Shown: positions 36,690 to 49,757, counted from the first letter of the whole stretch. The stretch is 62,667 bases of DNA, filler included, from Sphacelaria rigidula (GCA_964200075.2; 11 parts of 11 records of this genome joined end to end with filler, not necessarily neighbours in it); one strand, 5' to 3'. Made by a program: numbers and translations. The notes: generated from the sequence alone by a model not told the origin.

Positions 36690-38902
36690 AGCAGGGGCAC
36701 GACACCCTAGGACACATCGATTCGGCTGGCATAAAACACCTCGAGAAGCGTGGGGTGATCAATGTCATTGATATTACGGTGACGTCTGAGATACGCTGCA
36801 GCGTCTGCAAGGAATGCAAGCTCGAGGCGCTCAGCTCCGGCCGCGGCGGTGGGAGTCCCCAAGCACCAGGTGAAGCTGTGCGCACTGAGCACGGAGGCTC
36901 TTTCCACGCCGATGTCACGGGCATCAAATACTACCCGGTTTTCGTGGACAAGGCCATTTTGAGATAAGCACGTTGTTGGACTCCAGATACGAGATGCTGC
37001 CACTGACACCACGGGAGCCTACATCGACGAAATGACCCGCAAGAGAGTGGCCATCAAATGCATCAGTGGGTACGGTGCTGGGGAACTTGAACGGTCAGGC
37101 GAATTTCAATTTATGCTGGCCAATCACGGCATCAAGTGGCGCTGCTCGCCGCCAAGGACACTGCGAAGTAATGGAACAACTGCTGAATGTGCAATTTAAC
37201 AACTGGTGAGGAAAGCACGCACCCAAGTGGTGAAAGCGGGACGCAGAGAGGACCACTGGTTCTTCGCTGTGGCGAACGCGGCATTAAAGACCGCAGGGGT
37301 GCCCCACGAGTACCTAGGGGGCGAGACCCCATGTAAGAGGCTGACAGGGAAGCCTTTCAACTTCGATCGGCTTCGCACTTGATCTCCGAGTGTTTTGTGC
37401 ACCAGCACAAGCAGCAGCGTGGCGCGGCTGCAACGTTCCACCCATATGCGAAGCGGGGATCTTGGTGGGGTACGATCGGCCCTCTCCCTGCTGGTATGTA
37501 TGGCCTAAACAGGAATCGAAGCTGGTGAACTTCTCAAACATCACGGTTCGATTAGAGGCCAAGATCCTGGACATCATGGGGGAGCGGAAGGCGGTCGAAT
37601 TCAGTGACGACGAGGACGAGCCGTCTGAAGAAGAGAACGCAACACTAATCGATGGCGATGGTGGCCCGGTTGGACAGCCACCACCGGACCCGACATCATC
37701 GAAGCGCTCTTCTCCGGACAGTGGACTGCACGGGTCCAGTCGACTGGCGCAACGACATCGAGGGGACAATACACAGCAGCGCTTCAGGAGATCTGACAAC
37801 AGCAGTTCTGATGACGGACATTTCCTCGCCACCCTTTTAAAAATCTGGACGACGGCGCATCCTGCACGCTCGAGGGCGGAGTCGTCCCTAGACCACAGGA
37901 AACATCGAAGAAGCGCTGGTAGGACCAGATGCTGACATATGTACAGTAGCCATGGACGAGGAAATCCAACGGAACGACAACAAGCTTCAGAGCTGGAAGG
38001 CCGGAGAACGGCGGCGCCTGTAACCCATGCGACTCCAAGCAACACGGGATCGTACAAATTGGGGATGGATCTTGTATTGGGGATGAGAACCCGGAGGATT
38101 ATAATCTTCGTATCTACACCAAATCTTCGAAATATGGTGTTCAATTTCTTCACCTACTGATAGCCATCGACAACTGCTACAAGCCATAGAAATTTGGATT
38201 TCGGCCACTGAAATGTTGGGGTCCTGGGTAAAAAACCAATTTTTGGCCATTCCGGATGTCCGAACGGACGCCAAAATGGTTCCGAAACTGGTTTTTCACC
38301 TACGACCCCAACAGTTTGGTGATCTAGATCCAAACTTCTATGGCGCGTGGCAGTTATCAAAAACTCTCAGTAGGTGAAGAAATGGAACCATACTTCGAAG
38401 ATTTGGCGTGGATACGACGATTTTAATTCTCCGGGTTCCTCATCCCCAATAAACGATCCATCCCCAATTTGTAAGATCCCGTGTAAAGCGCGGACGAGCG
38501 CTCCGAAGGCCCAAAGACGGAGGCACTGCGAACAAGACAAGAGCGACATATCGAAGTAGAGGATCGTGCCTTTTCGAGCGGAGATGGCCGCGAACAGGGT
38601 CGAGTCACTGAAGCAACGGAGACGGGAAATAACGAAGGGGCAGCACTCGAGAATGCTTGTCGAGCGCAGACGATTCTACCGAAGAAGCAAAGAAACAACC
38701 CGCGACAAAGAGAGCGACAACGGTGGTGGACGGGCCACCGGAAGGTGCGGGATGCATGCCACTAAAGGACACCATCGCACAAAGCCAACAAACGTTGAAG
38801 TCGCCGTTCCCGACTAAGGACGTCAAAACGGAACGGGCGGCAGAGGTCGGGATGAATCCGGAGGGTCCAGGTCCACCACGTAGACTCTATGGTATTGAAT
38901 GA
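36690..38902 (+). mobile_element. Decayed Ty1/Copia LTR retrotransposon internal region (GAG-pre-integrase zinc finger and integrase; RT/RNaseH apparently mostly deleted)
   Basis: HDTLGH...CSVCKECK (H-H-C-C), followed by YYPVFVD and G(Y)GAGE...F...HGIK integrase-core remnants and an SH3-like GILVGYDRPSPCWYVW segment. Frameshifted. Confidence 0.75.
38043..38483. mobile_element. MITE with ~120-bp TIRs (CACGGGATC...GATCCCGTG) inserted in the Copia
   Basis: 38043-38163 is the inverted complement of 38365-38483. Confidence 0.85.
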
Positions 38903-38985
38903 AAAGTTTCATTTGTTTTGTATCTAGCACGTTGAGTGTGATCGTGTCAGCTCTTTGGTATTACCGCTATACGATCATGGAGGAG

Positions 38986-39385
38986 TGTGCAGACTATGTA
39001 TTGGGCATAGATCTCATACGTAGATTCTCGGACGTGTAGTCAACCAGCCTGGTATGAGCCAGTACGGTTCAGCTCGAGGTACCACCAAGAACGGTCTGGG
39101 AACCAGTACTGTAGCCAGTATTCAGCCGAGCTAGAACGACTCCGCAGCTCAATATTGTAAGATTTCTTCCGGGGCTGAGGGCTGAGATTAAGGGAGAGAC
39201 GGTTGAGATAGAGCTGTACACAGGCAGGTGACAGCTGAATGAATAATTCAAATCACGGCGATGCAGAGTCCCACTGGGGTCCGTCATCTGTTCAACCCAT
39301 CAAGGTCTCTCGTGATAATTGCCTTGCCCCGCTATAAACCGATGCACTGCGAACACACGCGCCACGGCCACATCAAACACTTCAC
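38986..39385 (+). mobile_element. Putative Copia 3' LTR
   Basis: The purine tract GGAGGAG directly precedes TG at 38986, just after the end of the pol remnant. The 3' CA end is only approximate and no second LTR is in the contig. Confidence 0.35.
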
Positions 39386-39689
39386 AAGTGCACAATCCTG
39401 GAGAGAACGCGAGCAAAGAATGTGAGAGGATGGAGACGAAGAAGGTGTCGGCATGAAAGGAAATTATGGAAATTATGCATAGCCAATGGAACAAAAGACC
39501 TAAGACGTAGCCTGCGGGTAACTGGAGGAAAGGATAAGTAGGAAAAACTAAGTGCCCGGAAGGAATAGGGGAGGGAAAACAGTTGCCCATAGAATACAGA
39601 CAAAGGTCAAACAGAGAGGGGAAGAAGGTCAAGAAAGGGAAAACAGGAGTGAAAGCAAGAAAAAAGGAGAGCGGATAACGACTCGATAA

Positions 39690-39797
39690 ATGATTCTGAG
39701 AATAGGATTGTGGAACGTGCGTGGTTTCGCCACACAGACGAGCTCAAAATAAAAGAGATAGCCCAACAAGTAAGTAACCGCGACCTAGATATAGTGG
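39690..39797 (+). mobile_element. LINE ORF2 N-terminus (APE endonuclease remnant), interrupted by the GAGTCATCCTACGA element
   Basis: Translates MILRIGLWNVRGF, then after a frameshift IKEIAQQVSNRDLDIV. This matches the WNVRG...DIV(G)xQE start of APE domains. Confidence 0.65.
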
Positions 39798-40221
39798 AGT
39801 CATCCTACGATAGGGGGGGGGGGGCGTTCTCATGTGTTGCTCGCNNNNNNNNNNNNNNNNNNNNNNNNNNNNNNNNNNNNNNNNNNNNTTAATTAATTAA
39901 NNNNNNNNNNNNNNNNNNNNNNNNNNNNNNNNNNNNNNNNNNNNTTTTTGGTGATTCCCCCATCCCCCCCCCCCCCCCCCTTTAATGACCGTCTTCTTTC
40001 GTTCTTTCGCGCTTGTAGGACTAACGCTTTTCGCCCTCTGGCGGTGAGGATGGACACCATTTTTCACATGTCTGGATGTGTTGGTTCCCCCAAGCGCCGC
40101 CATTTTTAACAGAAGTTTTTTTCCCGTGAGATTGTGAACTCTCCTTCGAAGTTATCCACCAGTTGGGTGACTCCCCACTATTTTTCACGAATCTGATGTC
40201 ACGACTTAACTTTTAGTCGCT

Positions 40222-40282
40222 TGTTGGGGGGAACCGGGATTCGAACCCGAGACCTTCCGTTCATGGAGCGAACGAGTTATCT
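40222..40282 (-). repeat. tRNA-derived fragment (probable SINE head or tRNA pseudogene)
   Basis: The minus strand has AGGTCTCGGGTTCGAATCCCGGTTCCCCCCA (variable loop, T-arm, acceptor 3' strand). The D-arm and 5' acceptor strand are not recoverable. Confidence 0.5.
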
Positions 40283-40704
40283 CCTGCTGTCGGCAAGGTG
40301 AAAATATGGTTTCCACAGACAACTTTGATACCCTGTCCACTGAATGTCGTCTCAACATCAAGATCTTTGTACTAGGTCGGGCAGACTCTGTAGAGGCTAA
40401 TGGACAACCCTTTTAGGTCACCTTACAAGCTGTCTGTGACCTCAGGCGATAATTCAACGGCATCTCCCCCCCTCGAACACATGTATTTGAAAATTTGAAT
40501 GGCCCAGAAGTTCGTCCACAACAGTACTTCACGAGTCAGGCGTCTGGTTCTTGTCGTATGTATTTGTGGTCATGGTCACGTATCCCATCGCATTCGTAGG
40601 TGTCATTCCCGCAAATTCTCAATATTACCCATCCTCCGCCCGTTTCCTCAATGCCGTTGACTGCTTGCTGGAACCGACAACAAATAAACCGAGAAAATAA
40701 CTAG

Positions 40705-42358
40705 GGCGACAAAGAAAAAGATGCCGCGAACAGCCGGGCACGTGGAGGGGTCTCGCCGGGCAGCTGAGGCAGTAGAGGCGTGCCGAGCGCTGGGGGTCGA
40801 AGTGAGTAAAGGGCGACAATTTTTTGGTTGACGTAATAATAACAGTTGTAGCCCCTCCATGGAGTCGTGATTCTTTTTTGTTTTGCTTGGCCGTCGCACT
40901 TAGTGGGATCCTCACCTTGTCGGCCGTTGCGGTTTCCTCGGCTATGGTATTCATCACCAAAGAACGTTCAGCAATCGGGGAGGTAACCCGTTTTATTCTG
41001 TGGCTGCGCGATGACACCCGAGGCGTATCAAGAGTCATTTCTGGAGTGTTTTGCATTACAAACATACAGAGCGATGCGTCGGTAAAGTGCTTGCATCGAT
41101 TCGGAACCTCGATTTCACACTCGCAGTCACGGGGTCATGCACCACTTCGGCCCCGCCCCTCGAAACACTGATATTACACACAAACCTGGGTTTGCCAGCC
41201 GTGCGTTTGTGTACCACGTGCGCAGGCTATTTTTTATGTTCATGACTGCCCTCCTCTGACGATGTCCCCGGATGCATATCCCATCGCCCGTTACACGCTC
41301 CCCTTTTGCCGGGTGTCAACAGTTCGTGACGTTGTATGCCTTCTCTACGGAAAACTGGAACAGGCCGGAGGCAGAAGTGTCCTTCTTAATGAACGTGAGA
41401 AGTACTGCGGTGTATTCGTCGTACTTTTTAGACAAGTGCTGAACCACAACCGAGCCGCAGTCGGCACTGAAGTTGAACACTCGCAGTCGACTTTCGATGT
41501 GAACATTTTTTGCCTTGTTGTGTACTGTCTCCCCTTGTCCCGTCCTTGTCCTGTCCAGTTGAGAACATAGTGCCTTGGACACCAAACGTGAAATATAAAA
41601 GTGACTCCGAGAGATTAGGCAATGGCTGTCCGTTCAGTGTTACGCAGCACTCTCCGACTTTTTATCTCGTCTCCCACCGTCACAGGTCGCCGTGATTCAT
41701 CTTGTACAGACGCTCGTGTATAATGAAACAAGAAGATTAGTGTAGTAAGAAAAACGGCCCATCGTGCTATCGGCCATTTCGTTGACCTCTCTACATTCCT
41801 CCAACCTTGCCTCGTGTGGGTGCGCCCGTCTTCTGGTGCCTGAAGCTGATGGAGAAAACTCTGCTAGATCAGAGGGATGACCTTCGCCGAGGACGAATAC
41901 GACTCGCGGTCATCGGTGAGTTGCATCGCTTGCCGCCGCGGCTTCGTGTTCTCTTGCAAGAAATGCAGACGGAGTCGTTCAGCGATTCGGTGACGACGAC
42001 AGCGGCGGCGGCGAACGGAGGAGGTAGTATTGATGTCAGTGCTTCGGGGGGCGGGGATACTCCGACCAGCACACGCCGAGATCGTGCGGATGTGCATGCG
42101 CATCCAGCGGATGAGGTCGTTACCCCTGCACGCCTGGGAAACCGTGGCGGATGGACCACTTGCAAGGGCGATAGAGATAGTAGCGATAGCGGTGGTGGTA
42201 GCAGGGTCCTTGTAGATGGAGGAGGGGCAAAAGAAGCAAGAGGAAGGGACGGAACGTCGTCGGGTGGGGCGTTGATACCAGAGGGCGCATCTTCTCGAAC
42301 AAGCGGGGCTAAGACTTCGGAGTCCGAATCAGCAGGCGACCACTTCCAAAACGGCAGC

Positions 42359-42390
<32 letters not shown>

Positions 42391-44146
42391 TGGTAGTGGC
42401 AGCCGCACCGAGGAAATAGTATCGTTATCCGTTGGAATGGAAGCGGAAAATGACCAGAGCAGAAGCATTCCTCCCCCGCCGACTATGACTCTGTGCTTGG
42501 CTATATCGTACGGAGGAAGGGCGGAGGTCGCGGCGGCGGCACGTGAACTGGCGTTGGAGGCAGCAGCGGGAAGGTTAGACCCACGAGACATTGACGAAGA
42601 TGCCTTGGGTCGGCGTCTCTCCACCGCGCGTCTGAATATTCCTGATCCGGATCTGGTAGTGAGAACCTCGGGAGAAAGCCGGCTGTCGAATTTATTACTG
42701 TGGCAAGCCGCCTACACGGAGTTGTACGTCGTGAGCAAAGCCTGGCCAGAGTTTAGACGACCGGATCTTATGGAGGCGTTCAGGTGCGTGTATTCCGTAC
42801 TCCAGGGTGTGTGCGTATCTGTGTGTTTGAATAAAGGCTATTTTGGGTTGAAAAGTGCTAGGAGACGGGCGGCGGGGCGGGAGAGGGTGTACTACTGTGC
42901 GTTTTTATCACGCGTAGACATGTGCCAGCGTTATTTTCATATCCTTTGATACGTACCGGGGAGTTGAGACGCTTTTTGTTGCACGAGGTTGCTCCTTATA
43001 ACAAAAAAAAGTCCTGTAAAAATGCTACCCTGGTCCTTTTTCGTCGTTTTACGCTCTGAAAGGGAGCTAGGTGGAGTATGACACCTTGGAATTACTTGCT
43101 TTCCTCATTGAGACGCTTCCTGGACATCTTCTGGTTGCCGCAGTTTTAATTTTGGCCAAACTTGTATTTTTGTTCAACAACGGTCAAGAGCGGTCAGGCT
43201 AGGAAAAAAAAACGATTTTTCTCTGGATTTGACCGTCTCTCGACAAAAATGCTTGTTCGGCCAAAATAAAAACTGCGACCACCGGAAAACACGAGAAAGT
43301 CATTTCAAGGTGTCAAACTCCGCCTAGCAATCTTTTAGGACGTAGAACGAAGAAGGACCAAAAATACACTTTTACAGGACCTCTTCTTGTTTGCTATAAG
43401 GAGCGGGCTGGCTAGACGAGTATCGACGTTGTAAATATTCCACACCTTGGACAACATATGGTCAACAGTTGCAATAAAACAAGAAAATTACTGGATAAAG
43501 TATAGACCTATTGCGACTATTGTCGACCGGCAATAGTTGCAATAGGCCTATACTTTATGCAGTATACTTCTCGTCTAATGCATCTATTAACCATATATTG
43601 TCCAGGGTGTGAAATATTCTCATGGTGTGGTCGACCGCTCGTGCTCGCGTTTTTCTAGAAAACTTGTGCTCATCGCTTCTTCTGATGAGTCAAATGATAA
43701 GAAGACTGGATCAAGAATGACAAGTCAGAAGGGGCGTAGCTTCTTGTACGTGGAGGTCGTGTCCTCCTGGATTATGTAAATCACCGACACTTGAGTGTTC
43801 GAAGTTGAATTGGGCTCCTCACCCTTGTCTTTGGCGAGCCAAACAAATTGATTCGGAGCAACGGGGTTGAGTTTCAGGACTCTAGTTGTCCCGTGCGCAC
43901 TACATGCTGTACCTTTGAAAGGCTGTGGCTGTGCTCAGGTCCAACAGGTTTTGATGTGTTGCTCCAATCTAAATTGTGGTCGCCATGTCCTGATCCGCCG
44001 TCTTGGTGTCTGCGGGTCTCTCGCGTTATTGTCTTTTCGTGTGTGTGCGTGTGTGTGTGTGTTTTCTCATCTTACGTATGTTCAGGGAATTCGGAAAGAG
44101 GCGAAGACGCTTCGGCAAGACACCCGAGCAGGCGGCTGAGGCTTGA
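40705..44146 (+). CDS. cis-prenyltransferase (undecaprenyl/dehydrodolichyl diphosphate synthase family), lacking first exon(s) (exons 40705-40801, 41323-41394, 41846-42783, 44086-44146)
   Basis: In-frame splice to MPRTAGHVEG...CRALGVE|FVTLYAFSTENWNRPEAEVSFLMN|L...IRLAVIG...LCLAISYGGR...PDPDLVVRTSGESRLSNLLLWQAAYTE...WPEF...R|EFGKRRRRFGKTPEQAAEA*. These are canonical cis-PT regions II-V plus the C-terminal RxG. Confidence 0.93.
42991..43404. mobile_element. Foldback/MITE with long imperfect TIRs in the last cis-PT intron, related to the core of 54348-55236
   Basis: GCTCCTTATA...GTCCTGTAAAA...GCTAGGTGGAGTATGACACCTTG is mirrored by CAAGGTGTCAAACTCCGCCTAGC...TTTTACAGGAC...TATAAGGAGC. Confidence 0.75.
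43433..43618. mobile_element. ~185-bp palindromic MITE (whole-length hairpin)
   Basis: AATATTCCACACCTTGGACAA...ATAAAGTATAGACCTATTGCGACTATTGTCG / CGGCAATAGTTGCAATAGGCCTATACTTTAT...TTGTCCAGGGTGTGAAATATT. Confidence 0.8.
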
Positions 44147-44479
44147 CTTGAGCATCACCGGTCGACCACTTGCCTGGTGCATGGCGCTCGAAGGGAGCGA
44201 CCGCTGGTTTTTTCACGTTTGACTTTTTTCTTCCCCCCTGATTATTGGTGGCGGTGCTGCGTTGAAAAATTCAAGGTTTAGGTTGGAAAACATGCGGTCT
44301 GTACATATTCTCCTGTATCCGTGCGTGTGACTTATCTTGTACGTGGAAGTGTGTAAGCTTGTGTGATACGCAGATTTGTATCGTTATAAGTTCGCGGCCG
44401 TGACGATGCCTTGGATACGAGATCTGAATCAAAAAGACAGCGTTGAATGTTGATAGTGTTAATTACATGGTATCCCTCG

Positions 44480-44862
44480 TGTTTTACCGCATGTCTGTGT
44501 TGTTGTATTTTGCCATCCTATCTATTCTGGACATCAGTCTATACCTTTCGGTATATGTGGGCGCATGAGCCGGGGTCAGAAAGGAGGAAATCCAACACGG
44601 GAGTTCTCATGTTCGTTTATTATGCTTTGGTACTCCACCTTGTTCCCGCGGTGTTTGTCTTATTTTTCATGGCGAGTGGGGTTCGGCAGTCCCTTCCCCT
44701 CGTCGACCGTCGAGTTGAATTTTGTGTACCCACGACATGGTCGCTTTCCATTGTTGGGCATGGTGTGAGAAAAACCTCCCAAATCGCGCGACTTCACCGA
44801 GATTCGGACCTACGACCCAACCGTCAGAAGGATTCGAGGTTACCAACGAAGCCACCGGGGCG
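44480..44862 (-). mobile_element. tRNA-derived SINE
   Basis: The minus strand begins GCCCCGGTGGCTTCGTTGGTAA (A-box-like) with GGTCGTAGGTCCGAATCTCG (B-box-like) at tRNA spacing. The body and a ...CAACACAGACA end follow; the 3' limit is approximate. Confidence 0.55.
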
Positions 44863-45329
44863 GCCGGTATGAGCTTTTCTACAATAGATGTAAGGGAAAT
44901 CGTCACGAGGCTTCCTGAGTCTTTCCTGCGTATCATGAGTGGAAATTAAACGACGCATAAGTCCACATCACCGGAACATTACGGTTTCGGGCATGATTGG
45001 ACCCCGTTGGAACCGTTTTCAAATACTATTTTCCCGTTAGATTCTTGAGGTGATGGCGGTCACTACGATTTGAAGCATGTGGAGATTCGGTGGAAATTGG
45101 GCTTGGAATTCGTAATTTTTAATTTCGGATTTGAAAGGCGCTGATTGGTCGAGACTTGTTTTTGTTCATTGCGCCACCGCTATAGCCTTAAAAACAAATC
45201 CGGCTATGTCACCCGCTTTGTTTATTGCGGCCAGTATGATACCATGTATGCGACTATTACGTGCGTATTGCAGATGGCATTTGCTGGTGACAGAACTTGT
45301 GTTTTTTTCTGTGAACCAGCCTGTAACGA

Positions 45330-45450
45330 TTCTAGATGCACAAGAATGTGGGTCAGGGTATCCCCGTTTGCAACTTCATTCGAGATATCCCCAGCACATT
45401 GGAGTAGTAACCCTGTCGTACTCTCACATATTTTCATAAGTCGTGTTTTG
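45330..45450 (+). repeat. Dispersed repeat, also at 62110-62225
   Basis: GATGCACAAGAAT(G/A)TGGGTCAGG...TATCCCCAGCACATTGGA.TAGTAA.CCTG.CGTACTCTCACATATTTTCATA is shared. Confidence 0.65.
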
Positions 45451-46589
45451 CTTGAGACACTTTCTACGATAGCCCCCCGCCAAAATCAGCTAAAATCATC
45501 ACGAAAAAAATGGCCATACAGCGCCTGATGTTCGGGTTCAGACTGCATGANNNNNNNNNNNNNNNNNNNNNNNNNNNNNNNNNNNNNNNNNNNNTTAATT
45601 AATTAANNNNNNNNNNNNNNNNNNNNNNNNNNNNNNNNNNNNNNNNNNNNCGAAAACGGTAAAAATGGCGTGTTTGGCTGTTTTCGCGTTTCTGTCCATT
45701 TTTCGTACCTTTGATAGGCAAAAAACGAGAAGGTATACTTTTTCTAGGCCATTGTCCGTTTAAAATGGTGGCCTGTTGGTATAGGCTATGACCCGAGATC
45801 CACGCAAATCACCCGTAACACTAACATTTTTGTTCTTAGCTATATACCGCACTACCCTATATACTGTCTGTAGCAAAGAGCACGAGTTGGGCTCAGGGAC
45901 ATAGATACACACTGTCGTGGTTGGGTATGAGGTATTTCTCGTCCGTGCATGGGAACTTGAGCATCTTCTTTCATAGTCGCTGGCATATCGCGTGGCGACG
46001 GATCAAACCGCGCCATATGCACGCGGGGTACATATAGCACGCGTGCTCATCGCATATAGTTGATGTATGGGTGCAGGCATCGTCAGTACAAAGCTGCACG
46101 TTGTTCAAGTCCTTTTCACGTCGCAGTGTAGGCAGAGAACAAATATGGTCCTGCGCTGTCTGTACTGTACTTTCCCCGCTTCCTTACCATGCCCTGCTCA
46201 CTGCGCACTTCCGTGCGCGCGTCCTGTGTGAACTCTGTAGTTATATCCCTGACGGTAAATAACATCCCCATTCATCAAAATATAAGCTGCAGCATATATC
46301 CACATTGCATAGCCATACGTAACGCATATGCCGCGCTCACTCTGCAGTACATAACACCTGACTTAAGAGCACGCGGTATTGCACTGTCCTGCATGGTATT
46401 ATACAGTTTATTGTTGTGATTTTATAAACCATGGCTGGACCCCTGCTACGGGTGGGTCAGTTAAAGTGCGACAGTCAACCAATCAATCAATCTATCATCC
46501 CCATCAGAGTACATACATACAATATAAATATATACCGCGATCAAGTTTGTTTCGCGTTTTTGCTAAAAATCATTTGGTGTGTGTTATTG

Positions 46590-47467
46590 GTAGGCACTGG
46601 ACCCCGGGGTTTCCATAAGCTATGTGGATTCATATGCGAGGTATATGCCGTCAATACAACATATTTACCACGCCTGCACCGGAAGTGTCTCTTCGAAGCA
46701 CAGGCGTGTGGACATACACTCGTAAGCAGTGTGTGGGATCTCTATTCAGCAAAAGCTGTTGAGAATTCCATCCTTTAGCCCAATTGGTACATTAACTGGG
46801 GGGCAAGAGGATGAATCACTCTCGACATTTTTTTCTGCGTGTCGGATCCCATACGCTGATTACGGTGCAGTATGCGGGATATGCCCAGCTGACGCTGTTC
46901 GCAATAAATCTCTTTTTGCCCAATTTCCGGATGAATTGGAGGGCGAAGTATAGATTTATTTCGAGCCTTTTCTGCTGCTCAAATTCCAAATCTGCCAGTG
47001 TGCATGGGATTTGTGCAGCAGAAAAAGCTGTTTGAAATAAATAGTTGTTTTGCCCAGTTGGAATGGGCGAAATAAGGATCTATTTTGAATAGGTTCTGCT
47101 GTTCGAAATAAATATTTTTTTTGCCCAAATAAATTGGGCGAAAAAATGATTTGTTTTGAAAAAGTTCTCCTGCTGTCCGAGATAAATTTCCTTCTTGCCC
47201 GATTTGAATCGGGCAAAAAGAGGATTCATCCCGGACAACAGGAGAAGCTATGAAGAAAAAAAAGAATACAGATTTGACATCAAAATAGTTTGGAATTTTC
47301 AAAATTGGGGAGGCCTCTCCACAGGGTTGCTTGCAGGGTTTCGACAAAAACGCTATGCAAAATGCTGGTAGAGGTACTAGGGTTTGCAAATGTAATGTAG
47401 GGTTTCTCAAAAAAGACTGAAGAACCCTGTGCAGCACGTCCTACAGGGTGCTATCTGTCCATGTGTG
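46590..47467 (+). mobile_element. CAC...GTG DNA transposon family, partial copy ending CTATCTGTCCATGTGTG
   Basis: Similar to 35690-36650 and to the reverse complement of 60098-60950. The terminus abuts the SINE-like repeat at 47468. Confidence 0.75.
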
Positions 47468-48411
47468 AACCCGCAAGATCCAAATGCAAGGCGTGTACCG
47501 GGGGAGAGCTGCGTTGATCCCTTCAGACCACGCACTCATCCTGAAGGAGGAGAGAAGTTCAAAGTGCGACGAAAAAAAACTATGATAACTGTTGACGTAT
47601 GTGTGAGCCAACACCTTATAGGTAGTCCATTTTAACCCGTAGACCGCGGTGCAGGTAGTCCATCTGGATTATGCATACTTTTACAAGTGAATATTGATAC
47701 CGATTCAGTAGGTGACCTACCTCCACGGTCAAAAAGGCTCAACGACTGATTGGTACGTGACAACCCACCTGCCGAAATGACACCCCCCGCGCGTCGCGAC
47801 GCGCTTTTTTTACCGAGAGGTTATTATTTACAACGTTGGTCAACAAACAGAAACTACAGTACAAGAGCCCTCTGGTTGCCGACATAAATCTGAGCTAACC
47901 CTTCAGACCATCCGCTTTAACGATCGATTGACACACAACAATTGAAGTGCCTAAATGGCACCACCTGCGCGGCGAGCTAGCCCACGCTAAAACAAATCAT
48001 CATCAATAACTAGAGACACATCTAACTTGCTATTAATAGTTGCAGAACTGGCAGACGTCAAAGGCAAGAAACAAATAAGCTCTTGCTTATATTATAGCCC
48101 GACGTTTACGATAGACCGAATTTGACACAGATCACCACAAACCCCTACTTCGTTGTCCTCCACCTAACTGCGCAATCTCCTTCCCGAAAACACCAAAGTC
48201 CTAGTTCACGTCATAGGTACGTCCGCAAGGCACGCATGCAAACGCAGTTATTTCGGGCGAAAAGCACAACCAATACACACGCACAGACATCGGAGACTTC
48301 AGCCGAACACAGTGAAGCTCAAGGGCACTTCCGACTACCAAGCAGGTGTGCCTCTCCGTTGTACCGATAAAATCGCCCTCCTCTACAGCTTTGAGCTGCT
48401 ATATTCCTAAC

Positions 48412-49714
48412 TTAACGCCAAACAGCCGCAACGGTAAGGGCGACACAGGCCAGCAGGGAAGATGTTGGGCTAGGGGGTGCGAATCCGTTTGACGAGTCTG
48501 CTTGGTTCGTTTCCAGATCGTCGCTCGACTGTGTTGGCAAGAAGACGTTATCCGAAAGAAGTGTAGCGAATAGCCGCATGGACAAACAGGGAAAAGGGGA
48601 CGGAGCGAGCAGTTGAATAAAGGAAAGCATGGACGACTGAATGAAGGAATACCGCATGTGACCTTTCACCAGGAGATAATGACATTTGCGGGAGCACTGT
48701 TATTCACGGGGGTCAGTATACGCCATAGGGAAAAGCATCATATTTGGTAAACGTGTGGATGAAAGAAGCGAAACCCATCCACAGCACCAATCCCGACTAT
48801 TTTCCTCATCGAAGACGGTAGAGATGGCGTTAGAATGTTGAGAGGTGTTCAGGATAAAAGGTTCATTAAAGAGGAACAAAATGGGCCCACGGTACGCGCT
48901 GGGCCAGCCTGAAAACAGGTTTACGCTCTCACGGCCATATCCCATCGATGCAGACGAGTTTGACTGTGATCCGCACATCGTTGTGATCGTATGTATTATC
49001 AAGACACGGATGCCCATCTGCTCTACACGCCATGCCGAGCAAATATCATGACGTACGGAAGTACGGCCCATTCCAACCCCCGAGAACTTAGGATCAGATC
49101 CGCTATTGGGTTTTTTCATTTAATTTCACATATTTTTTAACGCGGGATTTTCGGAACAGAACCAAGTGCGTTCCCTACCCTTTCGTGTCACGCCTTTTTG
49201 TTGCTCGCCAATCAACCGCTTCTGTCCGTGATGGGATGAGGAGAAAAGCAAAGGCGTGTGAATGACCTGCATACAATAACCAGCACACTATAATAATTAC
49301 ATGAAACACGTGTTCCATCACAGGAAAAACACGTTGATCGAATGGAGAATACGTTGATCAAATCAACGGCAAAGCACGCTAGAATGTACGTTATATTTAC
49401 AACCACCTACCGTCGGGCTTGACGTGCTATTATCGGTGCCCGTCGTGTCGCTGGTACTGGTAGACACGGGGCTAGGGGTCGCAGCTGGAGCAAGAGTTTC
49501 CCCTTCAGCTAGCGGCATCATCGTGGGAGTCGCGACAGGGGTCTGAGTGATTGTTGTTTCTCCTGGTATACACAAAAGTGACCGAAGCATATCGCCCATC
49601 AGAGTAGAGAAAATACATACGGAAAGAGAAAAGGCAGACGCAATAAGTGAGTGACGTAGTACACGAGGGCAACATCGCGAGACACCAACTACACGTTGTC
49701 GGATTTTTTATGAA

Positions 49715-49757
<43 letters not shown>

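Noticed and set aside
40222..40282. Functional tRNA gene
   Set aside because: Only the 3' half folds; the D-arm and 5' acceptor strand are absent.
40824..41171. Hydrophobic ORF as an extra cis-prenyltransferase exon
   Set aside because: The flanking exons 40705-40801 and 41323-41394 already join into the contiguous conserved motif, so this lies in the intron.
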